A DNA stretch of 64,000 nt, taken from Candidatus Multivoradales bacterium. GTDB taxonomy: Bacteria; Acidobacteriota; Thermoanaerobaculia; Multivoradales; JAHEKO01. The notes under the pieces are model-generated. The model was not told the DNA's origin. It ran no database searches and was given only the letters and a program-made list of their open reading frames with translations. The position numbers and the translations under genes were made by a program. The DNA lies in contig CBDCVR010000015.1 in NCBI GenBank assembly GCA_965223155.1, positions 128,001 through 192,000 of the forward strand, written 5' to 3'. This document shows, in pieces, positions 9,836 to 21,751 of this stretch (position 1 is the first letter of the stretch; each line of letters begins with the position of its first letter).

Positions 9836-9927
9836 CCTGTTCGGCTCCCAGCCGAGGCGCCGCCGGCCGTAACCGCCTCGACCGGCACGCCGCGCCGGTA
9901 GTGCCAGCGTTGATTGGGGCGACGGGC

Positions 9928-11259
9928 CTAGTAGGCCTGGAGGTAGCGCTCCCGCTCCCAGGGATGGACGTGGGCGATGAAGTCATGCCATTCCATCCGC
10001 TTGGCCTGGATGAAGTGCTGCGCGATGTGCTCGCCCAGGGCCCCAAGAACGACCTTGTTCTTCTCGAGGTTGTCCAGGGCCTCGTTCAAGTCCGCCGGCA
10101 GCTCATCGATCTTGCGGCGCCGCTTCTCCCGCTGGCTCATGGCGAAGATGTTCTTGTTGACCGGCGCGCCGGGGTCCATCTTGTTGGCGACTCCGTCCAG
10201 TCCGGCGGCGAGCATCACCGTGAGCGCGAGGTACGGGTTGCAGGCCGGGTCGGGCACCCGCACTTCACAGCGCGTCGACATCCCACGCTTGGCCGGCACG
10301 CGAACCAGAGGACTGCGATTCTTTTCCGACCAGGCGATGTTGGTCGGCGCTTCGTAGCCCGGTACCAGGCGCTTGTAGGAGTTCACCAGCGGATTGGTGA
10401 CCGCCACGAAGGCCTTGGCGTGGCGCAGGACGCCACCGATGTATCCCAGCGCGACCTTGGACAGCTCCCGCTCGGCAGTCTTCGCCCAGAAGGCGTTCCG
10501 GCCGCGGCGATCCAAGAGGCTCATGTGGCAGTGCATCCCGGAGCCGTTGACCCCGACCAGCGGCTTCGGCATGAAGGTGGCGTGAAGACCGTGATCGAGA
10601 GCCACCTTCTTGACCACGAACCGGAAGGTCGCCACGTTGTCGGCACACGAGATGGCCTCGGAGTACTTGAAATCGATCTCGTGCTGTCCTGGCGCCACTT
10701 CGTGATGGGCCGCCTCGACCTCGAATCCCATCGCCTCTAGAACCACGACGATGTCCCGGCGGCACTCTTCACCCCGATCCACCGGAGTCAAGTCGAAGTA
10801 GCCGCCGACATCGTGAGTCTCGACCAACGTCGCGCCGTCGGGATCCTTCTGAAACAGGAAGAATTCGGCCTCGGGGCCGGCTACCATGCGATAGCCCCGT
10901 GCCTTGGCCGCGGCCACTTGCCGCTTCAACGCTAGCCGCGGGCAACCGTCGAACTCCGAACCGTCGGGCCGGTAGATGTCGCAGATCAGCCGCGCGACCC
11001 TGGTGCCGTCCTCACTGGTCCACGGGTTCACCTGGAAGGTCTCCAAGTCCGGCACAAGCAGCATGTCCGACTCCTCGATGCGCACGAACCCTTCGATCGA
11101 CGAGCCGTCGAACATGATCTGCCCGTCCAGGGCCTTCTCGAACTGACTGCGAGGCACTTCCACGTTCTTGAGCGTGCCCATGAGATCGGTGAACTGAAGG
11201 CGTAAGAAGCGGACCTTGTGCTTGTCAACGGTCTTGAGAATCTCGGCTCGACTGGTCAC
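9928..11259 (-). CDS. glnA: glutamine synthetase type I
   Basis: FDGSSIEGF, GPEAEFF, HHEVAPGQHEIDF, GVNGSGMHCH, KRLVPGYEAP and NPYLA motifs, with AGGAGG SD. Confidence 0.96.
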   Translation of the reverse strand: MTSRAEILKTVDKHKVRFLRLQFTDLMGTLKNVEVPRSQFEKALDGQIMFDGSSIEGFVRIEESDMLLVPDLETFQVNPWTSEDGTRVARLICDIYRPDGSEFDGCPRLALKRQVAAAKARGYRMVAGPEAEFFLFQKDPDGATLVETHDVGGYFDLTPVDRGEECRRDIVVVLEAMGFEVEAAHHEVAPGQHEIDFKYSEAISCADNVATFRFVVKKVALDHGLHATFMPKPLVGVNGSGMHCHMSLLDRRGRNAFWAKTAERELSKVALGYIGGVLRHAKAFVAVTNPLVNSYKRLVPGYEAPTNIAWSEKNRSPLVRVPAKRGMSTRCEVRVPDPACNPYLALTVMLAAGLDGVANKMDPGAPVNKNIFAMSQREKRRRKIDELPADLNEALDNLEKNKVVLGALGEHIAQHFIQAKRMEWHDFIAHVHPWERERYLQAY

Positions 11260-11289
11260 GGCGTCCTCCTAAGTTGGTCGGTTCGGCAG

Positions 11290-11318
11290 AATCTAGTGGA
11301 CGGATCGTCGCAAAGCAA
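11290..11318 (-). promoter_or_regulatory. candidate sigma-70 promoter of glnA (TTGCTT-17 bp-TAGATT)
   Basis: Hexamers with canonical 17-bp spacing on the minus strand, in an AT-enriched intergenic region. Confidence 0.5.
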
Positions 11319-11458
11319 GCCCTTTTCGGAAAAACGACAACGAAATCTCGCCCAATCGACCATTTTTCAAGATCAGCTACTCTTGCAGCCCAGCCAGGTC
11401 TCGCGCCCCTTGTGCTACCATGCGCCGGATTCGACGAGGACCTTCTGGAGGAGACCGC

Positions 11459-11791
11459 GTGGCCGACGACGCCATCAAGATGCCGCTATTGGGAAGCGTT
11501 CCGCGCCCCAAGACCTGGGATTTCATCGCCTGCGCGACCGTCGTGCTGTCGATCATCGTGGCCGTGTACAACCTGAGCTCGGCCTTGGGACAGGCACCGG
11601 GCGAGTCGGTTTCCGGCCTTGCTACGACGGTGATCGTCCTGGTCCAGCTCGCGATTGCCACCCTGTGCCTGTTCGTCCTGGGCAAGACCGCGAAGGAAGG
11701 AACGCTGTGGGGCAATCTCGCCGCGGTGACCGGTCTTCTGATCGCGATCAGCGCCGTACTCCTGGCCGCGGCTCTCTTCGCAGCGGCGTAA
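11459..11791 (+). CDS. small three-TM membrane protein
   Basis: GTG start preceded by GGAGGAG and an extended -10 (TGCTACCAT), with three hydrophobic segments. Confidence 0.7.
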   Translation: MADDAIKMPLLGSVPRPKTWDFIACATVVLSIIVAVYNLSSALGQAPGESVSGLATTVIVLVQLAIATLCLFVLGKTAKEGTLWGNLAAVTGLLIAISAVLLAAALFAAA

Positions 11792-11887
11792 TCGCCGGCG
11801 GCACCAGCGGCACCGACTGAACCGCCACCCAGTGGTCCGCGTAGGTTGGAGCGAAACCGCCGGACGGCCGGCGTCGCAGGAAGCACG

Positions 11888-12640
11888 ATGACGAGCTCTC
11901 CAACTTCGGAACCCCCCTCCGCCACCGGCTCCCGGTCCGGCCTGCCGGGCCTCGTGCTGCGTGGCCTCGCGGTCGTCACCGCCCTCACCCTTCTCCTCGT
12001 CCTGGGCCGGAAGCTGGGCGCTTATGTCCCCGCCTTCGCCTCCTGGGTGGACGGCCTCGGGCTCTGGGGACCGGCCGCTTTCATCCTCGGGTACGCCATC
12101 GCCACGGTGGCGTTCATTCCCGGCTCTCTCCTGACCCTGGCTGCCGGCGCCATCTTCGGACTGGTGCGGGGCACCGCCTTCGTGTTCGTCGGCGCCAGCC
12201 TCGGCGCCGTGGCCGCGTTCTTGGTGGCTCGCTACGGCGCTCGCCGCTGGGTCGAGGCCAAGCTCGCCGCCAAACCCCGCTTCCGAGCCATCGACCGGGC
12301 TGTCGCGCGCGAGGGCCGCAAGATCGTCTTCCTTCTCCGCCTGTCTCCGGTCTTTCCCTTCAACCTCCTCAATTACGCCCTCGGACTTTCGAAGGTACGC
12401 CTCCGCGACTACGCTATGGCCTGCCTCGGCATGCTGCCCGGGACCTTCCTCTACGTCTACTACGGCAAGGCGCTCGGCAGCCTCGCCGCCGTCGCCGCTG
12501 GCTCCGGTACCGGCGGAGTCGAGCGCGATACCGGCTACTGGATCGTCCTGGGCCTGGGTCTGGCGGCCACGGTCCTGGTGACCACCATCGTCACCCGCAT
12601 CGCCCGCAACGCGCTCCGCAACGAGGTCTCCGATGACTGA
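11888..12640 (+). CDS. TVP38/TMEM64 (DedA/VTT) family membrane protein
   Basis: PGSLLTLAAGAIFG, LRLSPVFPFNLLNYALGL and GMLPGTFLYVYYG motifs. Confidence 0.9.
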   Translation: MTSSPTSEPPSATGSRSGLPGLVLRGLAVVTALTLLLVLGRKLGAYVPAFASWVDGLGLWGPAAFILGYAIATVAFIPGSLLTLAAGAIFGLVRGTAFVFVGASLGAVAAFLVARYGARRWVEAKLAAKPRFRAIDRAVAREGRKIVFLLRLSPVFPFNLLNYALGLSKVRLRDYAMACLGMLPGTFLYVYYGKALGSLAAVAAGSGTGGVERDTGYWIVLGLGLAATVLVTTIVTRIARNALRNEVSDD

Positions 12641-14198
12641 ATCGCCATCCCGCCACCCCAACCCCGACTTCGACCGCCTACCAGCCGAGATCCAGGAGGT
12701 CATCCGCCCCTTCGACGAGCACAACCACGATCTCATCGCCAACGTGCATCCGGTCACCTGGTCGAATCCGGAACCCAAGGACCGGTACCACTTGGTCGTG
12801 CTGGGTGGCGGCACGGCCGGCCTAGTGAGCGCTGCCGGCGCCGCCGGCCTCGGAGCCAGGGTGGCCCTGGTCGAGCGCAAGCTCCTCGGCGGCGACTGCT
12901 TGAACTACGGCTGCGTTCCTTCGAAGGCCCTGATCCGGGCAGCCCGCGCCTGGCACGCCGCCCGCAACGGCAGCCGGTTCGGCGCGCCCGTCGCCCAAGA
13001 GGACGGCGACTTCTCCGAGGTCATGCGGCGCATGCGCGAGTTGCGCGCCCGCATCAGCCATCACGACAGCGCCCGCAGATTCTCCGACCTCGGCGTCGAT
13101 GTCTTCATTGGCGAGGGCAAGTTCATCGCTTCGGACGCTTTGGAAGTAGCGGGCAAACGCTTGCGGTTTCGGCGGGCGGTGGTCGCCACCGGCGCCCGGC
13201 CGCTGGTGCTGCCGATCCCCGGCCTCGCCGAGGCCGACTTCCTGACCAATGAGACGGTCTTTACCCTGACCGAGCTTCCTCGCCGCCTGGCGATCATTGG
13301 TGGCGGACCCATCGGCTGCGAGCTGGCCCAGTCCTTTGCCCGGTTCGGCGCCAAGGTGTCGGTCTTCGACATCGCCCCGCACGTCCTGGTCCGAGAGGAT
13401 GCCGATGCCGCCGAGATCGTCCAGCAGGCGCTCGTCCGGGACGGCGTCGACCTCAGACTCGGCGTGGCGATCCAGAAGGTCGCGACCAAGGACGGCGAGA
13501 CCTCGATCCTCTTCGAACAGGACGGCGCCGAGCGCGAGCTGCGATTCGACGAGCTCCTCCTCGCCGTCGGCCGCGTGCCCAACACCGGCGGCATCGGACT
13601 CGAGGCCGCGGGCGTTACGTACTCCAAGCACGGCGTCGAGGTCGATGACCGGCTGGTCACCTCCAACAAGCGCATCTACGCCGTCGGCGACGTGGCGTCA
13701 CGAGTCAAGTTCACCCATGTGGCCGACGCGCTGGCCCGTATCGCCATCCAGAACGCTCTCTTCTTCGGCCGCAAGAGGGCCAGCGACTTGGTGATCCCGT
13801 GGTGTACCTATACCGATCCCGAGATCGCTCACGTCGGTCTGTACACCGGCGACGCCAAGGATCGCGGCCTGGAGACGGAGACCGTAACCGTTCCGCTTGC
13901 CGAGGTCGACCGCTCGGTCCTGGAGGGCGCCGACGAAGGCTTCCTGCGCCTGCACGTCGAGAAGGGAAAGGACCGGATCCTCGGGGCGACCCTGGTCGGC
14001 GATCACGCCGGCGACATCCTCGGCGAGCTGTCCCTGGCGGTCTCCCAGGGCATTGGACTCGAGCGCATCGCGGCGACGATCCACGCCTATCCGACCCAGG
14101 CGGAGGCAATCAAGAAGGCTGCCGACACCTGGCGCCGAGGCAAGCTGACGCCCACGGTTCAGAAGATCTTCACGCTTTTCTTCAAGATCTTCCGCTGA
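12633..14198 (+). CDS. pyridine nucleotide-disulfide oxidoreductase (MerA/Lpd-like, no C-terminal Cys pair)
   Basis: GGGTAG FAD motif, GGDCLNYGCVPSK redox disulfide, GGGPIG NAD motif, and dimerisation domain ending HAYPTQAE. Confidence 0.9.
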   Translation: MTESPSRHPNPDFDRLPAEIQEVIRPFDEHNHDLIANVHPVTWSNPEPKDRYHLVVLGGGTAGLVSAAGAAGLGARVALVERKLLGGDCLNYGCVPSKALIRAARAWHAARNGSRFGAPVAQEDGDFSEVMRRMRELRARISHHDSARRFSDLGVDVFIGEGKFIASDALEVAGKRLRFRRAVVATGARPLVLPIPGLAEADFLTNETVFTLTELPRRLAIIGGGPIGCELAQSFARFGAKVSVFDIAPHVLVREDADAAEIVQQALVRDGVDLRLGVAIQKVATKDGETSILFEQDGAERELRFDELLLAVGRVPNTGGIGLEAAGVTYSKHGVEVDDRLVTSNKRIYAVGDVASRVKFTHVADALARIAIQNALFFGRKRASDLVIPWCTYTDPEIAHVGLYTGDAKDRGLETETVTVPLAEVDRSVLEGADEGFLRLHVEKGKDRILGATLVGDHAGDILGELSLAVSQGIGLERIAATIHAYPTQAEAIKKAADTWRRGKLTPTVQKIFTLFFKIFR

Positions 14199-14290
14199 GC
14201 CGCCAAGCTCCGGGCCGTTCGGCCCATGAGAGCGCCGCCAAGCCCCGTCGGTCGCGGCAGGTCGCGGCCAGTCGCGGTAGATTGCCCTCC

Positions 14291-15190
14291 GTGCCCGAAC
14301 TCGCAGTCATCGTCGTCACCTGGAACGCCGAGAACGTCTTGCCGGCCTGTCTGGCCTCGATCGAACCGGCGGCGCCCGGACTGACTTGCGAAGTCGTGGT
14401 CGTCGACAACGCATCCAGCGATCAGACCTGCGCTCTTGTCGAGACTCTTGGCCGGGAACTAGCGCTCGATGTCCGCCTGCTTCGAAACAGCGACAACCAG
14501 GGTCTGGGGCGGGCCAACCAACGTGGCTTTCGGGAGTCGAGCGGTCCCTTCGTGGCTTTTCTGAACCCGGATGTGACTCTGGAGCCGAGCGCCCTGTCTC
14601 TGCTGGTGGAACGTCTGCGGACGAGTTCCCGCGCCGGAGTGGCAGGCCCGGCGATCCTCGATCCGGACGGCTCGATGCAACACGGCCCGATCGCGGGCGC
14701 CGGCCTGGCCTCTCTCGCCGGACCGGACCGGGATCTGGAGCGCTTCCGGGGCCGCGCCGAGCCCTCGTTCACCGTCCACGGTTGCTGCATGGTCGGCACC
14801 CGGGCGGCCTTCGAGGCCATCGGCGGCTTCCCCACGGACACATTCCTGTACGGCGAGGAGCTCCTGGTGGGAACCCGCATGGCGCGCCGCGGGTACGAGG
14901 TCTGGTTCGACGGCCGGGCCGAGGCCCGGCACCGGGTCGGCCATAGCGTCAACGAACGCTGGTCCTGGGAAGATCGCAACCTCGTCCGGCGCCGCGGCAT
15001 CGTCGCAGCCATCCGCGCCAGCTACCCGGCACCCTACTTCTGGGTCTGGAACGCCCTCAAGACCCTGCGCACGGCCCCCGGCATGCTGGCCGGGAACAGC
15101 GCTCGCCGGCGCCTGTCCCGGCGCCTCGTCGGCCTCCACCTCCGGTCTTTCTGGCCGCTGTCCTCCCGGCCGCCAGCAGCCCGCGGCTAG
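14291..15190 (+). CDS. glycosyltransferase family 2
   Basis: VIVVTWN, VVVVDNASSD, NQGLGRANQRG, FLNPD and FLYGEE motifs. Start is the GTG at 14291. Confidence 0.9.
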   Translation: MPELAVIVVTWNAENVLPACLASIEPAAPGLTCEVVVVDNASSDQTCALVETLGRELALDVRLLRNSDNQGLGRANQRGFRESSGPFVAFLNPDVTLEPSALSLLVERLRTSSRAGVAGPAILDPDGSMQHGPIAGAGLASLAGPDRDLERFRGRAEPSFTVHGCCMVGTRAAFEAIGGFPTDTFLYGEELLVGTRMARRGYEVWFDGRAEARHRVGHSVNERWSWEDRNLVRRRGIVAAIRASYPAPYFWVWNALKTLRTAPGMLAGNSARRRLSRRLVGLHLRSFWPLSSRPPAARG

Positions 15191-15978
15191 GGCTTGGCGC
15201 CCAGCATCCGCCGCAGCCACCGGTACGGCCGATAGATGGGGCTGCGAGCCAGCCGGCTTCGCAGCCGGCGCTCGATCAGACGCCGCTTCGCGTAGCGGAA
15301 GAAACGATCGGTGTTCTCGACCTGCGCCCCGAGCTCGTTGTCTTCGACCTCCGCGAACGCACCCAGAAGCACGCAGAAGACGCTGTCCTTGAGCTTGAAG
15401 GCCCGGTACCTGGCACCCTCCTCGTCGAGCCCGGCACAGGCTTCGGCAATGGCTCCGTAGACCAGATCGGCGTCATGGAAGACAATCGCCGCGTCCGTCG
15501 CCGCCACGCCCCGGCAGAACCGGAAATCCGACCGGGCCGCGCGGTTGGTGTGCTCTCCGTCGATCAACATCAAGTCCACGCTGCCCGCGATGGCACCGGG
15601 CTCGATCTCGGAGGCATCGCAGTCGAACGTGGTGAGCTTGGAGCGCGCGCCGGGATCCAGCGCTTCCAGATTGGCGAGCATGCGCTCGGTCGAGTTCTCA
15701 GGATAGAAGTACGGTACTCCGCGCTCGTCCGGGAGGGCGAACGGACGAGTGTCGATCGACACGATGTGGCGGCAGCGCCCATCCAGCAGATGCGGCTGAA
15801 TGGTGCCGCCGAGATGGGAGCCGATCTCGAGATACGTGTACTCGGGCAGACGCGCGGCAACGAGCCGCTGCACGGCCAGGAAGGAACGGCGATCCTCTTC
15901 GGTGGTTTGACTCGAGATCGCCTCGAAGAGGTCGACGTCGAGAGCCGAAACCCGGTTTGCGATCGGCGCGGCGCCCAT
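15187..15978 (-). CDS. class I SAM-dependent methyltransferase (Methyltransf_24-like)
   Basis: YLEIGSHLGG, LIDGEH and IVFHD motifs. Confidence 0.85.
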   Translation of the reverse strand: MGAAPIANRVSALDVDLFEAISSQTTEEDRRSFLAVQRLVAARLPEYTYLEIGSHLGGTIQPHLLDGRCRHIVSIDTRPFALPDERGVPYFYPENSTERMLANLEALDPGARSKLTTFDCDASEIEPGAIAGSVDLMLIDGEHTNRAARSDFRFCRGVAATDAAIVFHDADLVYGAIAEACAGLDEEGARYRAFKLKDSVFCVLLGAFAEVEDNELGAQVENTDRFFRYAKRRLIERRLRSRLARSPIYRPYRWLRRMLGAKP

Positions 15979-16110
15979 GAGCGACCGAGTCTAGCCCGAA
16001 ATCGGCCCGCCGCCTGCCCCTGAGACCACTCAAGAACCCCTGACGCCGATGGTACACTCCCACCACGCGAGGGGGGCTTGGTGACAACGAGTCCGGCCCG
16101 CGCTCCCCGC

Positions 16111-17295
16111 ATGACAGACCGCCTCAGAGTGCTCGTCACCGACGCCGAGGTGCGCAAGACCCTTGCCGTCGTACGCGATCTGACGCCCCGCTTTGAGGTC
16201 TGGACGGCCGCCTCCTCGCGACCGGCTCTGGCCGCCTGGTCCAGAGGCGTCGCCCGGCACCTCCGGAGCCCGAGTTGCAGCGAGTTCCCCGACTGGCTGG
16301 TCAGCGCCTGCCGCGAACACCAATTCGACGTCCTGATCTGCCCGCAGGAACGAAGCCTGCTCCTGGCCGGCACGGTCTACGAGAAGCTCGGTGAAACCGG
16401 CGTCGCCCTCACCTTCCCACGCCCCGAAGTCCTGGATCGGGCCTTCGATAAGGCCAAGACCCTGGCCGCCGCCGAGCGCCTGGGGGTCCCCGCGCCGACG
16501 ACCCGAGTTCCCGAGCGCCACGAGGACACCCTGGCGGCCGCTAACGACCTGGGCTTCCCGCTCGTGCTCAAACCCCGGTACTCGACCTACCGGCATGGAG
16601 ACGACTGGGTTCCCAACGACGGCACCCAATATGCCTCGAACGCCTCGCAGCTCGAGGCGCTCCTGGCCCGCTTCGACCGCCGCCAGCCGCCGCCGCTGCT
16701 GCAGCAATACGTACCCGGCCGCGGCTTCGGGGTCTTCTTGCTACGGGACCGGGACGGCGAGATCCGAGCCCGATTCGCCCACCGGCGGCTCCGGGACGTA
16801 CGCCCCACGGGCTCGGGCTCGGTCGTCCGCAAGGCGATCCAACCGCCGCCGGAGATGCTGCAACACAGCCTAGCTCTGGTCGAGGCTCTGGGCCTATGGG
16901 GCGTCTCGATGGTGGAGTTCAAGCACAGCGCCGAGCGCGACCAGCCCATACTGATGGAGGTCAACGGCCGCTTCTGGGGCTCGCTGCAGCTGGCACTCGA
17001 CGCCGGGGTGGATTTTCCCGGCCTTCTGGTCGACATGGTCAGCGGCGCCGGGCGAACCGTCTCGAGCTACGCGCATGGCGGGATCCTGCGCTGGTGGCTC
17101 GGCGACGCGCTCCGGGCCCTCCGGGTACTGCGCGGCAAGCCCGAGAACTTTCCGGGGCCCTTTCCTTCGCGACTTTCCGGGCTTCGGCACCTGGTGAGGC
17201 GACAGCCCGCGGGCACCCGCTCGGAGGTCTTCCGGGCGTCCGATCCCTGGCCAGGACTCGCCGAGCTCCTCGCCGCCACCAAGAGGATCGGTTGA
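16111..17295 (+). CDS. ATP-grasp domain protein (carboxylate-amine ligase type)
   Basis: DKAKT, FPLVLKP, LQQYVPG, MVEFK and MEVNGRFWGSLQLA motifs. Confidence 0.85.
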   Translation: MTDRLRVLVTDAEVRKTLAVVRDLTPRFEVWTAASSRPALAAWSRGVARHLRSPSCSEFPDWLVSACREHQFDVLICPQERSLLLAGTVYEKLGETGVALTFPRPEVLDRAFDKAKTLAAAERLGVPAPTTRVPERHEDTLAAANDLGFPLVLKPRYSTYRHGDDWVPNDGTQYASNASQLEALLARFDRRQPPPLLQQYVPGRGFGVFLLRDRDGEIRARFAHRRLRDVRPTGSGSVVRKAIQPPPEMLQHSLALVEALGLWGVSMVEFKHSAERDQPILMEVNGRFWGSLQLALDAGVDFPGLLVDMVSGAGRTVSSYAHGGILRWWLGDALRALRVLRGKPENFPGPFPSRLSGLRHLVRRQPAGTRSEVFRASDPWPGLAELLAATKRIG

Positions 17296-17320
17296 CCGAC
17301 CCAACCCGGATGCCGGTCTC

Positions 17321-18190
17321 GTGAGCACCGATCGGAGCGCGGTCCGCGCCCTGGCGCTCGGCCTCGAATCGATGATCTCCCGGACCGGAGATCTCGTGCT
17401 GGGACCGTTGTTGGCCAGCCGCAACCGGCCCGGCGTGACCCTTCTCACGTTCCATTCCATCACCCGCTCGCCGCGCTTCAAGATCGACCTGACGCCCGGC
17501 GCCCTGGAGCGGGTGGTCCGAGGGATTCGCCGCGCGGGAGCGGCGATCGTTTCCCTGGACGCCGCGGTCGCGGGTCTCGCCGCCGGAACCCGGTCCGACC
17601 GGCACCAGGTCGTGCTGACCTTCGACGACGGCTACCAGGACTTCCTGACCGAAGCGGTCCCGATTCTGGCCCGCCTGGAAGCTCCCGCCGTCGTTTCGGT
17701 GGTGCCGGCCTACGTCGAGTCCAGGAAGGCCTTCGAGTTCGCCACCGGCGGCGGCCGCAAGTCCATGAGCTGGGACGAGCTCGCCGAGTTGCACGAGTAC
17801 CACCAGGACCTCGTCACCATCGCCAACCACTCCTGGGCGCATCGCGACTACTCCCAGATGTCTCTCGAAGCGGTCCGCCGTGACGCTCTCGACGCGCAGG
17901 AGGCGTTCGAAGCCCACTTGGGCCGGCGGCCCCGCTACTTCACCTATCCGTACGGATTCGCCCGGTCCCGAACCGACGAGGCTCTTCTGGACATCTTCGA
18001 CGCGCTCCTGACTGGGCGCTGGGGAGTCAATACGGAGCCGGGCGACGCCCGGCTGCTGCGCCGGGTCCCGCTCTTCGGACACGACCGGGAGCGAACCGTC
18101 GCGCTCAAGAGCCGCGGCTGTCCGACGACCTACGGCTGGCTGCGCCGGGCGGCGCGAAACGGCGGCGGCAGACCGCGGCTGGGCGGCTAG
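17321..18190 (+). CDS. polysaccharide deacetylase (CE4/NodB)
   Basis: LTFDDGY, NHSWAH and YPYG motifs. Confidence 0.88.
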   Translation: MSTDRSAVRALALGLESMISRTGDLVLGPLLASRNRPGVTLLTFHSITRSPRFKIDLTPGALERVVRGIRRAGAAIVSLDAAVAGLAAGTRSDRHQVVLTFDDGYQDFLTEAVPILARLEAPAVVSVVPAYVESRKAFEFATGGGRKSMSWDELAELHEYHQDLVTIANHSWAHRDYSQMSLEAVRRDALDAQEAFEAHLGRRPRYFTYPYGFARSRTDEALLDIFDALLTGRWGVNTEPGDARLLRRVPLFGHDRERTVALKSRGCPTTYGWLRRAARNGGGRPRLGG

Positions 18191-18309
18191 CCTGCCTCAC
18201 CGGCGTTCGTTGCGGCCGCAAGTGCCTGTGGGGACTCACCGCTTGCGACCGACCCGTGCCGCAGCGAAACGTCCGCCGAGGCCGGCGACCGGAGTGAGAC
18301 GAGCGCCGG

Positions 18310-19050
18310 CTAGCGCCGCAGCTTGGCCGCCAGGTAGTCCCGGTTCATGCGGCCGATGAAGTCGACCGAGATGCCCTTGGGACAGACCGCTTCGCACTCG
18401 GTGAAATTGGTGCAGGTGCCGAAGTGGTCCTCCATGGTCCGCACCATGGCCTGGACCCGGCTGTAGCGCTCCGGCTGCCCTTGCGGCAGCTCGGCCAGGT
18501 GCGCGACCTTGGCCGAAGTAAAGAGCTGGGCGGCGCCGTTGGGGCACTGGGCAACGCAGGCGCCACAGCCAATGCACTCGGCGGCGTCCATGGCCCGATC
18601 CGCGGCGGCCTTGGCCACTGGCAGGATGTTGGCTTCCGGGGCCGAGCCGGTGTTGACCGAAACGAAGCCGCCGGACTGGATGATCTTGTCGAACGGGCTC
18701 CGATCCACGACCAGGTCCTTCAAGACCGGAAAGGCGCGCGAGCGAAACGGCTCGATCCGGATGGAGTCTCCGTCCCGGAACTTGCGCATGTGGAGCTGGC
18801 ACGTCGCGGTACCGGCCTCGGGGCCGTGGGCGACGCCGTTGATGACGACGCCGCACGATCCGCAGATCCCCTCCCGGCAGTCGTGCTCGAACGCCACCGG
18901 TTCTTCGCCCTGCTCGGTCAGCCGCTCGTTCAAGACGTCCAGCATTTCCAGAAACGACATGTCCGGCGAAACCTCATCCATCTCGTACCGGTTGAAGCCG
19001 CCCGCCGACCGGGAGTCGGGCTGGCGCCAGATATGGAGGGTCAACCGCAT
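18310..19050 (-). CDS. sdhB: succinate dehydrogenase/fumarate reductase iron-sulfur subunit
   Basis: [22 protein letters not shown] and [12 protein letters not shown] cluster motifs. Confidence 0.95.
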   Translation of the reverse strand: MRLTLHIWRQPDSRSAGGFNRYEMDEVSPDMSFLEMLDVLNERLTEQGEEPVAFEHDCREGICGSCGVVINGVAHGPEAGTATCQLHMRKFRDGDSIRIEPFRSRAFPVLKDLVVDRSPFDKIIQSGGFVSVNTGSAPEANILPVAKAAADRAMDAAECIGCGACVAQCPNGAAQLFTSAKVAHLAELPQGQPERYSRVQAMVRTMEDHFGTCTNFTECEAVCPKGISVDFIGRMNRDYLAAKLRR

Positions 19051-19063
19051 CGCTCGTCCACCG

Positions 19064-20979
<1,916 letters not shown>

Positions 20980-20980
<1 letters not shown>

Positions 20981-21657
20981 CAGTGAACGATCCCCAAGAC
21001 GACGGACAGAGCCAGGGCCACATTGCCGGCGAACACGACGGCTGCGAACGTCGCCGCCAGCGGGCGCCGCCAGGGGGCGACGGCCGGATGGTTCAAGCCC
21101 AGCGACTGCAACAGGCTCCAGAGTCCGTGGTAGAGGTGAAACGCCAGCGCCACGTTGGCGACGACGTAGAACGCCGACACCCACCAGACCGAAAACCCGG
21201 TCACGAAGTTGTGGTAGACGTCACCGGGAACGAAATCCGGATGCGCGCTTCCCCAGGTCAGATGGGCCAGGTGGTAGAGCACGAAGAGCGCGATGATGAC
21301 GCCCCCCCAACGCATCGTTCGGGACGCGTAGGTCGCCTTCTGCAGATCGAGGCGCTGGTAGCCGACCGGACGGGCCGCCCGGCTCTGCCGGCTCACCGCC
21401 CAGGCCGAGTGGATGTGGAGACCGACCGCGGCCAGGAGAGCGAAGCGGGCGATCCACAGCAAGCCGCCGTGAGGCAAGAAGGGCGCGCCCAGCTCGCGCA
21501 GTCCTTCGGCGTAGGCGTTGAATTTCTCCGGCCCCTGGAAGACCTTGAGATTCCCGGCCATGTGCGTCAGCACGAATCCGAACAGGACGAGGCCGGTGGC
21601 CGCCATCACGGCCTTCTTGCCGAGGGCGGACCGGTAGAGATCGGAGATCACGTTCAT
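20980..21657 (-). CDS. sdhC: succinate dehydrogenase cytochrome b subunit (single 5-TM type)
   Basis: [16 protein letters not shown] and HLYHG heme-ligand motifs, translationally coupled to sdhA. Confidence 0.92.
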
Positions 21658-21751
21658 TGAGCTTCGGCTCGCGGAGGTGCCGGCACGCCGGCGGGTCCGC
21701 CACGGCTATCTTAATCGATTCCGCGGCCGGCGTCCGCGACCGCCGGCGCTC

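Noticed and set aside
12633-14198. Mercury-resistance (merA) call
   Set aside because: No C-terminal Cys-Cys pair, no HMA domain and no merR/T/P context
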